DNA of 42,586 nucleotides from Trypethelium eluteriae (Eukaryota): NCBI GenBank assembly GCA_051942245.1, contig JAVECL010000150.1, positions 1 to 42,586 of the forward strand, read 5' to 3'. Shown piece by piece: positions 1 to 12,041 of this stretch (position 1 is its first letter; each line of letters starts with the position of its first letter). The notes under the pieces were generated by a model. It saw only the letters and a program-made list of their open reading frames with translations, ran no database searches and was not told where the DNA came from. The position numbers and the translations under genes were made by a program.

Positions 1-250
1 ATCTTATTTTATATAAAATTACTTAAATTTTAATAATTTTACAAAATAATTTTAAAAAAGCTATTATTTATTACAATAATTAAAATTTAATAAAATCTTA
101 GCTTTTTTAATTTTTTTTAATTATCTTAATAATTAATAAGAATTTCTAAAATATTTTATCTTTAGATTTTAAAAAAACTTATTTTTTATTTACAGCTAAA
201 ATTTCTAATAATTATTTTAATTGGTTATAGAGATATGTGTTTTTAAAAAA
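1..250. repeat. AT-rich, RIP-degraded repeat/transposon relic (continues off the left edge)
   Basis: Almost entirely A/T with abundant TpA and very few CpA/TpG, no ORF, and an abrupt switch to balanced composition at about 250. Confidence 0.75.
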
Positions 251-313
251 AGACGTGAAGGTGTGCAGGTGGTGGGCCCGTGCAGGTGGGGAGGAAAACT
301 CGCATCTCCCCTG
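251..313 (-). mobile_element. Probable terminus (TIR) of the degraded DNA transposon
   Basis: GC-rich block at the edge of the AT-rich tract with a direct repeat GTGCAGGTGG (263-272, 280-289); the minus strand begins CAGGGGAGATGCG. The partner end is not in the window. Confidence 0.4.
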
Positions 314-2174
314 GCTTCGCAGCTTGGCGCAAGCTTGGCATTCTCCGGCACTAGCCATAACAAGACCTACACGCCCCATTCTAAGATGTGACTGCTAACT
401 GATGTTGTAACAAACAACTGAATCGGAGGAAAGAACTCAATTGACCTATCTAGGTCGCCCGAGGTGCAGGCTGCTATATAGATCTCCTATCTAGGTGAGG
501 GCGAAGGGAAAAATGAACTAATAACTACAGGGCGTAAGGATCTACATAAAGGGATCCGAGCGCGCGTGAGATGTGGTAAACACCACCTCCGAGGCTATGT
601 TGATTGGATCTACTTCATGAACAACATCAAAATCAGGCTCGACTTTGGAAGTACAAGAGGTGGTCGTTGATACAAGAGCAGCGAACCCAAAAGTAAGCTT
701 CTGAAGATCAAACTTCATCACGTGCCGTTGAACGACGTGTCGTACAGCTCTCGACCGTGACAGGAGTAAAAAGGTCTTCTTTAGAACGAGGCTCTGTATT
801 CTTTCGGAAACAAAATGCTCTAACCATTCGCAGGTAAGGAAGTACCAACTGAAATAAATCGCAGAGTTCTTGGAAGTACTTTGACCGATGTAAGCATGTA
901 ATTCTGGTGAGTAAGTACTAAGTTAGCTTCCAAATAATAAGGGACTGTTTTTGTATGTTCTCACGCGGGGTAGCCACAACAGGGCCGACCGTCATTAGCA
1001 TTTGCAGGATCCGGATCATGGCAGGGGTGTTTCCCGGTCTATGATACCACGAGTTTGGGCTTGCCAGATCAGGCGATGATGATGGCGATCTCGCCCCCAT
1101 TTATACTCGGGTTCGCGAGACAATCTACAAAATCAGCATGCTGCTGCATCTGATTTGTCCGAAAGGTGCGAGCTGCATTACGGCACGAGTTTGTCTAACA
1201 TGCTTGGCTGACGTTCAAGGACGAAAGATCGACATTGAAAGCACCCTGCCACCGCTGCTTTCCATAAGGTAAGGTACCTTAGCTCCAATTACGTCCGACT
1301 AGAACGTGGCCGATTTTAACGCAGACCACCACACTCCAAGACCTCCAATCTCATTCAATCTTATGGTTAAATACTGACTTATTTGTCTATTCATTCAGCA
1401 AATTTCATGTGGTCTTTTATAGTGATCAGTAAAAACACCAGAACAGATCAGAGAAGAGGTGTAAGAGGTGCAGGGACGGATAGAGGCCGCTGTCATTTGC
1501 CAAATTCGGCTACCTTCTAGTCGGACATAGAGCTTAGCTGCCTAAATATCTGTGCCACCCGGTGGGGCAGCGCACGGACGTACTGGCACGGATTAGGTAT
1601 TTACTATGAACACTAGGTGGAAGGATGGAGGCCAGATGTAGGTCTCTGGCAAGATGACTATGTTTCTAACAAGCAACCCATAGCTATGCATTTTCCCAAT
1701 CATCAGATGCATGCATGACACTAACCTAGCCTAACTACAAGTTGTCTCAAGAGACGATGCCAAGTCTCAGCCGCTGTTCGTCCTGGGCTAGTTGCTATAT
1801 ATTTCCTATGCAGTTACGCTGCTCTCCGCATTAGGACCTTACAAAACTCTGAGATGGGATGCAGTGAAGGAGGCAGCGAGGGACACAGTGAAAGGGATTA
1901 AAAATGGACAAAGTAGTGAAATTGTAGGTTTGCTAGTAACTTTGGTGAGGGGCACCCCGCGGCTGATCTTGAAAATGATTGACTATTACTCGACTTCCTT
2001 AACGAAATGCGGTCTCAGTCAGCCCAACTGCGGTCCAGCGCAGCCGAGGCGGAAAGTGCCACAATACCCCCTTTTACACTTCATGCGCCAGTCCAGATGC
2101 GATCCAGCGCAATCACGGCTAATACTGACACGATTTCTTTCCACAGTTTTCCACCCAGACGCAATATAGCAGTC

Positions 2175-2972
2175 TTAGAGGTCTGTAGGATCCATGGTAT
2201 ACTTCGTATCATCCCCAACTGTTACCTCTCCACCTCTGGATTGTTGACCGTCTCCCTCGCAGAAGTCGTTGAACTTTTGTAAGGCAGCCTCACAGATTCC
2301 CGTATTTGCTGGCGCGCCTGAGGTTAGTATTTCCACACCAAACCGGAGATACGAGGCTTTGCCCTGCCAATCACTGAGAGTAGGACTATTCCAGACACGA
2401 AGAGCATTCACCGCCAGCGGTGGGAGACTACTGGTTAGAAGATTTTCACATCCGGTAACAATTTCCTTGTTGATTGTGTCCAGTCCCATCTGTGCGCCAG
2501 AGCCATAGCAGGCGATTTTCCCTGCATAACCTGTGGAGAATTCGGCGTTAATGAGGCGATCTTTGGGTGCTCATGTCGGACAAGGATGGTTACAATACCT
2601 GAAATTGACCCAGTGGTGCCACCGCCTTTGCGCTTCTCAAGAGCCGGGCCCGTCGCACGTTTAGTAACGTTTGCCTTTCCTTCTTGCCAAACGTTAGCGG
2701 GAATATCGCAGTAACGACCATTCCCATGCGGCTTCCATTCAATGTGCTTATTATCATCTAAGTGTTTAATGATATCGTCCTGGCTCGGTTTTGTTGTCAC
2801 ATTTTGGTTCGAAATGCTGATCGTAGGTTTGTCGGACGTCTGCTGGGAAGTTGGGCTCGCTCCAACGACACTCAGTAACGCCGCCGATGCTAGGAAAAGG
2901 GTGCTAAATTGGACTTTGACAATGTCAATATTGCGAATGCCGGAAAGAGTTTGATGGCTTCTTACTAAACAT
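2175..2972 (-). CDS. Small secreted Kex2-processed protein, 225 aa, 4-Cys mature domain (effector/toxin candidate); exons 2972-2966, 2913-2599, 2530-2175
   Basis: Introns 2965-2914 (GTAAGA..AAG) and 2598-2531 (GTATTG..CAG) join the ORF pieces into MFIQFSTLFLASAALLSVVGASP (signal peptide)...LEKR|KGGGTTGSISGYAGKIACYGSG...C...C...FCEGDGQQSRGGEVTVGDD. Paralog at 28462-29151. Confidence 0.85.
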
Positions 2973-3734
2973 GTTCTTTCTCGAGTGTGCAGCGATGTAG
3001 TAGGTAAAGGGATCTAAAATCTAGGCGAAATGATGAGACCAGCTCAAAACAGAATGTTGAAATTGATGAAGAGAAAAAGCTATGGATTCACCTTCGGGAT
3101 CTCTTCGACTTTATAATGGTTTTCCACCAAGTATGTAGTCTCGAATCAATGGCCAAGGGTCGTCATTGATCAACATTCGAAAAAGGCCACTCATCACGCA
3201 CGTCATATGGATTGCCTCATAGAGCATCACAATCTCTTGCGAGATGGCCTAAACCGGTACAGAAAGAAGAGTTTGGATGGTTTCTCATGCAATGATGTAT
3301 GTAATCTGAATGGACACATCCAACACCTGTTGCACATCTGATCATAACAATATAGGCGACTGGGGGAAGCATCAAGATTTACAAAGACGATCAACCAGCG
3401 CTATTGACGCAGATCGTAGACACCGGTGGTGAGATTCGTAAGCGAAGTGAATGAGCTGTTGTTTCTGACAATCATTGCTCGTATGCGGGGGGATGATGGC
3501 ATACATTCAAAACTGAAAAGCGGGATGCGATGTACGATCTGAAGCTGGAAGACACACTACTATGTGGCCAAATAATCTGAACGGAAGGTATCAAGCGAGG
3601 GCCAGGGGCTAAGCAGGGTAATGAAGTCGCCTAATGTTGAAGGGGTGCACTTCCCAAGACGTTCAGATTCATGTGTTATGATGACTGAATTTGGGTAGCT
3701 ATATCCCGACTTGATCCTTTGAACACCACTGAAT

Positions 3735-4043
3735 TTATAGCATGCGGTCAATCCATTTGCCTGTCTTGGGGTCGACGTCTCGAATCCTATGCGCATTATT
3801 CTTCATGAATTCATTCCTCTCATTACCAATTTTGAGACTCCTGAATTTCTCGCCTTCTGGAGAGTCAGTAGCCACAAGCCACATCGTATTTCCTTCCCTG
3901 TAGAATGCCCATTGAGCCGGTTTGCACGCAGGAGTGGACTGAGGACATCCTTTGGTCTCCTGCTTTGCCTTTCCTACGTGAGAGTATGCGCATTCAGGTG
4001 CTTCGGGGGACCTATTGCTCCCAGAATCCATGATCACACTCAT
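3735..4043 (-). pseudogene. Truncated/degenerate paralog of the secreted protein at 5187-5825 (C-terminal domain intact)
   Basis: KPAQWAFYREGNTMWLVATDSPEGEKFRSLKIGNERNEFMK aligns with KPADKVFFRKGTTVWTLPVSSELGKQFSHLNSTSQKEDFMR. Upstream sequence (to about 4316) is TpA-rich, with a stop-interrupted hydrophobic stretch and a GTACGT donor, but gives no clean spliced frame. Confidence 0.6.
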
Positions 4044-5186
4044 AGACTCTTATAAGGTACCGCTTGTAGTATAGAGAATTCGCACTATTATAGATTTCGT
4101 ATATTAATTCTAGGTCATCAATGAATTGGAGATGGAGCAAGTAAGACGTACCTTATAGCCGAAATGTGATATGTCGCAAAAAGTGGAGATTGGTTGAGAA
4201 CTGTGAAGAAGTTCTGCTAGAAACCAACGTGTTCGGATGGCAACCTACGAGCAATACGCGAAAGCGACAAGAATAATGAGAGAGTTGATCCGGAGCTAGA
4301 GTCTAATCTGAATCATTTTATGCGACCCCATGAAACATCAAGGTGCGGTGGTGAAGCCTTACAGAGCGGTCTTCCGTTCCGCAGCGCTCCTTCAGGATTT
4401 GCGGATCCGCTGGAATCCGAAGACCTCCGCTGAAGACATCTCAGCTGAACTCTCAGAATTGAGTGTCTTCCAACGGCAAGATGAGACATTCCCTGGACCG
4501 CCGATCCAATAACGTCTCTGCAGTCTTACTCGGTGTATCGAATGAGGTCACTCCACTAATGGACTACCTTACCACGAAGTAGGGGGAAAATGAGGGCGCG
4601 CTAGAAGAAGCTGCAAACTGCTTACTTTCAAGTAGACCGTACACAAGTTAGTAAGCAACGTACTACAAGAAGTCGATGTCTGAATACCTTACTTCCTGGC
4701 GATCTTCCAACGCAATGATGGGAGCGCTGCCCTTGTCTGGTCGTGTCCTTCATTGGAGAACCACTTGCTCCGTCTCTCGATACGTCATTATCGATCTATG
4801 CTAAGTTGGCTTCGTCCTCGTTGCCTATGCTGATGATGTTGGGGAAATCCAATCCATCTTCTGATCAGGTCTAATCCTGGCATCATCAACGAATCCTTGC
4901 CACTGACAATATGAGACTGAAAATCATCATCCATAAGTCTATACGTGTTCAATAGCGATATGATGATCAACATCATCTCTATCGCCAGTGGGCAGTCGCA
5001 GCTTATCGAGCAAAGTATTGGGTGCACGAAGATTGCCCAAATATAAAGATTACGAAGCTGGACATCAAATATAAAAGGCTAAGCTCATCCAATTTAATGA
5101 TTCCAGGAAAAAAGAGACCCCGACTGACCACCCCAAGATCACGGGACTGTATCACATTACCAATTACTTCAGACTCCTGGATCAAA

Positions 5187-5825
5187 ATGATCCTTTTGCT
5201 GCACATCGCCACTGCGCTCCTCACGGTCACAGCATATGCTAGTGTGATTAACAACCAACTTGCCGAAGAAGCCCAAGATGTTCACCTCATCAAAAGGAGC
5301 CAAAATTATGACATCTATCTCTTTGATGGCGAAAATTGCGTGAAAGAGGAAAGCGGCTATGTGTGTGAAGGTTATGAAGCGGATTCCTGTTGTACACCCC
5401 CAACATCACAGGGAAGCATGCCACAGTACATGACCTCTGCAAACTATCATCTGATGGGGGAAGATAAAGCATCCGACGACCATCAAATCAAAGTCTATGG
5501 CTCAAGAGGCGGGAACCCATGCGGACAGATTGCCAGTCAAGATGATAAATGTGCGACTGGCACCACGCTTGGTATTAGTGGGGCGCAAGTCTACGACGGC
5601 GGTACAACTCCAACAGGGCCATCCAAGAAGGAGAAACGCACACCCACGTCTAGAAACTCGACGGATACCGTGCCAAAGCCAGCAGACAAGGTGTTCTTTA
5701 GGAAAGGGACGACAGTTTGGACTCTTCCTGTTAGCTCCGAGCTCGGAAAGCAATTCTCCCATTTGAATTCGACCTCACAAAAGGAGGATTTCATGCGAAG
5801 ACACGGAACGGTGAAATTCCAATAG
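5187..5825 (+). CDS. Secreted cysteine-rich protein, 212 aa, two Kex2-like sites (effector candidate)
   Basis: ATG 5187 in CAAAATG context, TATAAAA at 5070-5076; signal peptide MILLLHIATALLTVTAYAS; LIKR after the pro-region; six Cys (C-C-CC-C-C); EKR before the C-terminal domain. Confidence 0.85.
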   Translation: MILLLHIATALLTVTAYASVINNQLAEEAQDVHLIKRSQNYDIYLFDGENCVKEESGYVCEGYEADSCCTPPTSQGSMPQYMTSANYHLMGEDKASDDHQIKVYGSRGGNPCGQIASQDDKCATGTTLGISGAQVYDGGTTPTGPSKKEKRTPTSRNSTDTVPKPADKVFFRKGTTVWTLPVSSELGKQFSHLNSTSQKEDFMRRHGTVKFQ

Positions 5826-6286
5826 GCTTTGACTATTTCTTCATGCTCAAGCAGAGTTGGGGTGATCATCTGCCGGCAGATGATTGTCTCGAAAGATAAG
5901 CTTATCGGACCTTTGTAGTGCTATTTCGTTCGTTAGTTCTGGTCTATAGCGAGGAGATACTTGCAAAGAGCTGGTCTCTTTCGCATGGATAAAGCAATAC
6001 TAGTCCCTTTTCAAGTACGATTCTGTCAGTGACCACATTGTAACAAGAATGGAACGTCAATCAGAGCTAAAGAAAGCGACAAGATCTTTATCAAGCTGTC
6101 TGGGAAGGTAGATCTGAAGATTTTGAGTTGTGACCGTAAGAAAACGGTTTGGGGGAAGCTTAGTAGACTTGGATAGTTAAGAAAGACATGAATGGCATGT
6201 CGAAGACGTGGACTCTCCGCTGAAACAAGCCAGCATTCAAACGAGGAAGCCTACTCGTACAACCGATCATCATCAATAGATTTCTC

Positions 6287-7890
6287 CTAGCTTGCTGTCT
6301 CAATTTCGTGGGTTGGTGTTCTCCTCTGCCAACGCCTTGTAAGCGACCGTAAGAACCGCCATAGCTTGCCATTGAAGAAGACGAGGTATGGCAGTAGTTC
6401 GACGGCGTGCTTGTAGAGATTACCAATCATAATACATGCTAGGATCAAGGACCAAAGAACGATGTGAAACATCTGTCTTCGCGCAAGCTTAACCATGGAG
6501 TAGAGCATCAAGGGGCCAGAATGTTCAACCCCCGCCTGTGATCCTAATTGTGCAAGTAGTATTGAGCCCAGAATGAGTAGAGAAATACTGGCTATCCAAA
6601 AGGTTACAGCCCAAATGGTCGATGCAGTATCCGAGTAAAGATTTGCAGTCCAGGATTGAATATCTGCTGCCAGGAACAGTATGAATGTGATTGATACTAA
6701 AGTCCATTCAATCACCGTGTTGAAGCTTTCGAACCCTCTAATGAGGTAGCTGATTGCGGGGATGGCTAAAAGAGGTATTAGAATCGTTATACAGGCTAGC
6801 GGTAAGGCCACGACGAAGAAGTATCGAGTCCTCCAAGGGCTTCCATTCATTTCTCTTGCATTCATGCCGAAGAAGCTCCATAGAAAGATTCAGTGATAAG
6901 CGATGTTTAGCTTTTCGGAGCATATTTACGGCTACAAAGTCTATAGGAATAAAGAAAGATGCCAGCAGTGCTAATATGCCGGCCGTTCGCGCCTGGGTAG
7001 GACTGCGCTGTTCGCTCACCTCTCAGCCAATTAGTATTGAGATAAGTCGAAAAATGTATAGTATTTTTCTTACCAGCTTTCTTATACGCGACGCTTCTCC
7101 GTAGGTCGTATTAATTTCGTTTTCTAGTCTTCGGCATTCATCTTTGACCATCTTAGTCCAGCCTTCAGGATATGTTATTATCCGCAAAGGCGGATAGTCG
7201 GAAACATGGCAATAGAGATCCTTAACAAGCTGTTTCCAATACTCGAAATGTTGCATATTTAAAAGGTAGAAATATGGCTTGCCAGAACTTGGGTTAATCA
7301 TTTGCTCGTACTTCTATATGAAAAGACATGAGCAAATAAAGTCGATGAATGGCTGCTTAGTGCCCACCATGTGGTCCATGACTTTCTGAGACATCCGTAC
7401 GCTAGATATCGCATCGTTGATGCCCGTGGCATAGAGACACTTGAGGATAAATACCCAGTCTCCGGTCAGATCCGTTATGCGATCATTAGCTGCGGACGGA
7501 GGACCGTCATCAGTAGAATTAAAGAGTCGTCCTAGGTTACGGACGAAAGCAGAGTCCGTAAGGGGCTTTTGAAAGCAGACGATCGACTCCCATGCCAGAT
7601 TGCGTTTGTCTTCGGGCTGTCTAGCCCAGATACCGCTCCCGGAAGGGGACTGCGGTTGACGACCATGAGGTCTCCATATCTCCATATACTGGAACTTTAT
7701 CTGATGGCTTAATGTCGTCCGGAAATTTTAAAGCTCTGGTTGCTGATGGAACCAGAATGGCAACTCTGGTCCGCACGGGCTTACCAGGATTTGCTTTTAA
7801 GACCACTTCCGCCAAAACCTCACTGGTGCTAAAATTCACACTCCCCACTAAACTTACGAGGAAAGCTACAATCTCACCTTTTTCTACCTT
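6287..7890 (-). pseudogene. CorA-like transmembrane-domain protein, multi-exon, probably degenerate
   Basis: QARTAGILALLASFFIPIDFVA / SFFGMN / FFVVALPL is the CorA-type TM1-GMN-TM2 signature, followed by extra TM helices. There is a frame change near 7620-7690, the acceptor expected before AGC TTC TTC GGC ATG AAT reads TGG rather than TAG, and no clear start is visible. Confidence 0.65.
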
Positions 7891-7892
7891 TC

Positions 7893-8142
7893 TCCGATCT
7901 CTACATAGATCTCTAACCTCCGTGTTAGTCCCTGACCTCTGCGTAGGCCTCTAATCTCTGCTCTGACCTCCGTTCTAATCTCTACATAGGTTGTTCTAAA
8001 GATCTCTGATCTCTATGAAGGGTTTGAGACCTACGCAGAGACCTACACGGAGACCAGAGCAGAGATCAGAGCACAGATCAGAGCAGAAATCAGAGACCTG
8101 CGTAGAGATCAGGGTAGAGATCAGAGACCTGTGCAGAGATCC
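7893..8142. repeat. Imperfect inverted array of GAGATCAGAG / GAGACCTACGCAGAG-type units
   Basis: The reverse complement of 7893-8014 and the forward 8026-8142 are built from the same units; both can be read as RPTQR...E.RDLCRD. Confidence 0.75.
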
Positions 8143-8406
8143 GGCGTTTAGCCTAACCAGTCCTGTAAACCTGAGGAAGATGTCGCACTCTAAATCTCAG
8201 ATTCGGATTAAAGCTGGATATAATTGTGGAGCGGTAAGCGAGGCCAATTTGATCTTCGCCATGTGGTCATCAGGCTGTAATATGCATCGCGTTAGATCAA
8301 AGCTCAAGGGGTCATGATGGCGATTGAGATCAACCAAAAAAGTCTGGTCTCGGTACTTCTACACAAAACATTAGGACATTATACTATCTTATTCTAAACG
8401 TACCGT

Positions 8407-10408
8407 TCAGCTTCTATCCAAATCTGCTCTTCTGAAAAGCCTCAAGACCTTTTGCCCAGCGCTCTCTTCTGACGGCTCGTCATCTTTTCTCAACACTGCT
8501 TTCGGACAGGAAGGAAGCGACGCGCTATTCGTAGCTTTCGAATGCTTCGTCTCCGATGGACCGGACGTTTCCAAGACAGAGCTACGATTCGCTTTTCTCG
8601 CTTTTTGTGGCAGGGATGGCTGCCGGTGATCTTCACCCTTTCCAAGCAGCTTCTTTGGTAGCGTGGGAACACCCTTCCACGCCTCCTTGATCTCCTCATT
8701 CTCCGCGTCTTCTTTCTCTTCCTCGCGCTTCTTCCTGTACGATTTATCGATCTCTCCTCGCTCTTCTGCTTCTTTCATCCAGCGCGTTTTCATCTGCTCT
8801 ATAGCTTCGGCTGTGAGCTCTTGCCGCATCATGCGTTCGATCACTTCCTTCTTGCGGGTTCGCTTGTCGCCTACGGAGATGAGCACACCGGCCATGATGT
8901 TGCATGTAATACTGCAGCACAAAACCACGGTGGTCAAAGCGAACGGGCGAGTCTTATAAGAAATACCCCACGTGCATGCGCCGAGCGTAATCTGCAACGC
9001 AGAATGGCAGTCGAGCAAAACAACGACAGCAACCAGCAATCTTAGGGGGAAAGCAAAATGCGTTTCAGTTTCATGCGGCTTGTAAAAGGTATGGCTTTTG
9101 GAGAATCTCCGCTCATGATATTCGAGCTTCGCTTGCTCTTCCTCGCTCAGCACCGAGTATTCGTATGATGGGTTGTTGGTCTCGTTACGGGTGACCATCC
9201 TTCGGGCAATCCTTTTTGGAATTCTAGGGGCAACTCTCCGAGCAACACGGCGGGGTATTTTCCGAGCGACCAAACTTTCCAGATCGACTTGCTCGGGCTG
9301 AATATCTTCTTTGCGCATGTCAGGTAAATCATTGTGATCTACAAGATCAGGAAGACCAGTTTTCGATCGTCTCTTCCAGGTCATGCGATGGTAATGGGCG
9401 ATGAAAGCCATGTGGTACGTGTCAATTGCACGAAACGGGGCTAGTCCGTCACCAATAATGGCAAAGAGGGCGACCAAAACATTATCGACGACATTCACAA
9501 CGTAGGCTTTCTTCGAACCCAAGGATATCCAGCCGATGAGAAAAAGAACCCAAGCCGCACCAAACAGGGTAATCAAGGTAGCGTAAACGGTAATGAAAAG
9601 TCCAAGGGCTACAAGAATAAGTCAGCCGGTGAGACACGGAGGCTAGAAATGGGGGTGATCTCACGTCGGCGAACATACTGTCCAAACCCCTTCATCGAGC
9701 GCTTCAACTTTGCTCTTCGAGAATGTAACATGTGTCGAACAAGATCATTCATCTCCAGCTTATCCTGATTAGACCAGCCCGCGAGTGTTTCGCCATCCGG
9801 CAAAACGGCATACAGCGAGTCGTTTGGTATCAAGCCCTCTAGTCCCTCTGGTTTTGGTTTCTCTGTTGCTGATGTATCTGCTATCCGCTTCAATGCATTC
9901 TTGAGCTTGTCGATCGTACGTGCTTCCTGGGGACGATCCTGAAGTCTATATGTCGGTTGACGGTTGACGATTTTTCCGAGCTGGGGAACGAAGAGCGAGT
10001 TTTGGACATTGGTAAGAGTGGAAAGCGTAGATACTTCAGGATCTGCTGAGAGTTAGTCTGATTCGTGCCAAGAACGAGAGCGTCTCGCATACCAACGACA
10101 TCCAGCAGGTCTACCGTATCGGGATCGTATTCCTCTTGACTCAATCCGTTGCTTGTAGGATTTTCATCTCGACTGAAAAGTCTTCCCAGTCGAACAGAGG
10201 AAAAGCGATCAGTAGGTACCTTCTCCTTCGGCGAAGACGGTTCTCCAGTTTGACGTGGTACGTTATTAGATGCAGGTTCTCGTCGTATTCGAACGCTTGG
10301 CCGTTGATGTGTGCTCAAGACCGATTTGACTTTTCGTCCAACTGCAATTACGGGATTTTCCGTTGTCGAGGCTGAATTGGAAGGCGCAGGTCCTGCTTGG
10401 GTATCCAT
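8407..10408 (-). CDS. DUF2985-family integral membrane protein; exons 10408-10093, 10042-9665, 9608-8407
   Basis: Canonical introns 10092-10043 and 9664-9609 restore DVVDPEVSTLSTLTNVQNSLFVP and RRPLGLFITVYATLITLFGAAWVLFLIGWI; also DNVLVALFAIIGDGLAPFRAIDTYHM and SHTFYKPHETETHFAFP. Confidence 0.85.
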
Positions 10409-12041
10409 GGTGGAAGAGAACTTCAAATTTCTATCTGGCCGTGCATCGGTCCTGGACTCAGGGGTAATTTGACGCTGAGGAGTTTGATAGCTTTCCGAGT
10501 CAACAATGGTCGCGGATGCAGCTATGATTCTGTTACGTCAATCTCCAGTGTTGTCCATCGCGTTTGGCCGCACGGCCATGAAGAAGAGAAAATGTTTGTG
10601 AGATTGTCGCAAGATTGTCGCAAGATTGTTCAACAGTCTTAGATGGATTAGATGGATACTGAGCAGGGATGAATCCTTGTTTTGAGAGAGATGAGCGTCA
10701 TACTGCAGGACTGGATCAGAAACCTTGGCGCCCGATCCCAATTCGGCTATGGACGATTTCTTAGTCGTCACCCTCGCCCAATCAATTCAAAATCCTTGTC
10801 TCCCAGTCGACGCTAGCGTCGGTCATGCCCGAGCCTCAATTCCATCCCGCCATCCTGTGGGCCATCGCTATCGATATGGAAATATGTAGCAATCTGGTCT
10901 CCCTTTTTGGATCGAGGGGGTTTGCGTTCTTTAAAAAAAAAAAAAAGAGGAAAAAACCAGTTTCTGACAAAGCTCTTAATCTCTTATATTAAACGACCTA
11001 TTCTCCCAGTGTTGATGAAGTTCAAATTTCTAACTCTAGCCAGCTAAAGTTAGACAATACATTAATAGAATATTATTGTAGATATAGTAACTAAGACTTA
11101 CAGTATGATTCTCAATCCCTTAGTTTTGTACTAGGAACTTGAATATTCGAAATTTAGGGGGGCGGGGTTTTGGCGGATCTGACGCTACGGCGGTCCCTGC
11201 TCACAGACTTAAACTACACCAAACACCAACTCCATTGTCGCGGAACTTGCATTGCGTCTCCTCAACAGCAATCCTCCTGGAATGGCTTCCAAGTCTTCCC
11301 AATCTTGCCGTTATCCGACTATTCGACACCCCCGATTAATGCTAAAGCATGAACCTTAATGACTGAAGCTCCGGACAAAGGGAGACTGTGTTATTAGCAC
11401 GAGCCTCTTCATTTCCCGAATAACGGCTGAATTGAACATGCTTCTTGCTAAAAGCTGGGCGGATCCTGAAACTTGGTATGCATTTTAACTGGTTATGATG
11501 TCATCCTTATCGTGTCCCATTTGGGCCTACTAAAATAGATTCGCATAGTGCGTTAGTCTTATAAGGGAATTATACAGGCCTATGAACTTCCTTCAGCCAT
11601 TCCAAAGGTACTGCGTGCTTTTCACAAATGGAGTTCACGAACTCGTTGCATGATCTTACAAATCCCGATTCCCGTCATGTATTCAGTTTAGCCGCCTGGG
11701 ATCCGCTCATATGTTCTCGAAGCGAATCGCTGAATGCTATTCTAACCATCTCGAGCTGCTTCATATCTCACGCCTCGCCTCTAATATGCGTCTTCCAACG
11801 AGTTTGGTCCTCGTGATACCGGAAAATTGGTTGCTGGGCTAGAGAAAGTAAAGGCTCAGAGGGGGTTCCGAGTATACGAAAGCCACCGTCTCTATGAAGG
11901 ACATCAAAATATGAGCAGGATCTTACACTGGCATGGGTGAAGTCCTTAGTATTAATAAAGCCCATTGCTATCCCATCTGCACCTATAACAGCTACGTTCT
12001 CCTCCCGAATCCTTCGCAGAAGAAAACAAGCAAACCACAAC

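Noticed and set aside
542..1140. Open minus-strand frame of about 125 codons (TYSPELHAYIGQ...DPFM*) after a GCTAAC..TAG acceptor-like site
   Set aside because: No consistent upstream exon or start and no recognisable motif; possibly a gene relic.
5022..5186. 55-codon N-terminal extension in the ORF track
   Set aside because: Starts at GTG and overlaps the TATA box; the signal peptide begins at ATG 5187.
7893..8142. CRISPR-like array or the 100-aa ORF at 8015-8317
   Set aside because: Eukaryotic context, no unique spacers, and the ORF simply translates the repeat.
10601..10957. AGATTGTCGCA x~3 and a poly-A run upstream of the DUF2985 gene
   Set aside because: Ordinary short tandem and homopolymer sequence; no retroelement hallmarks.
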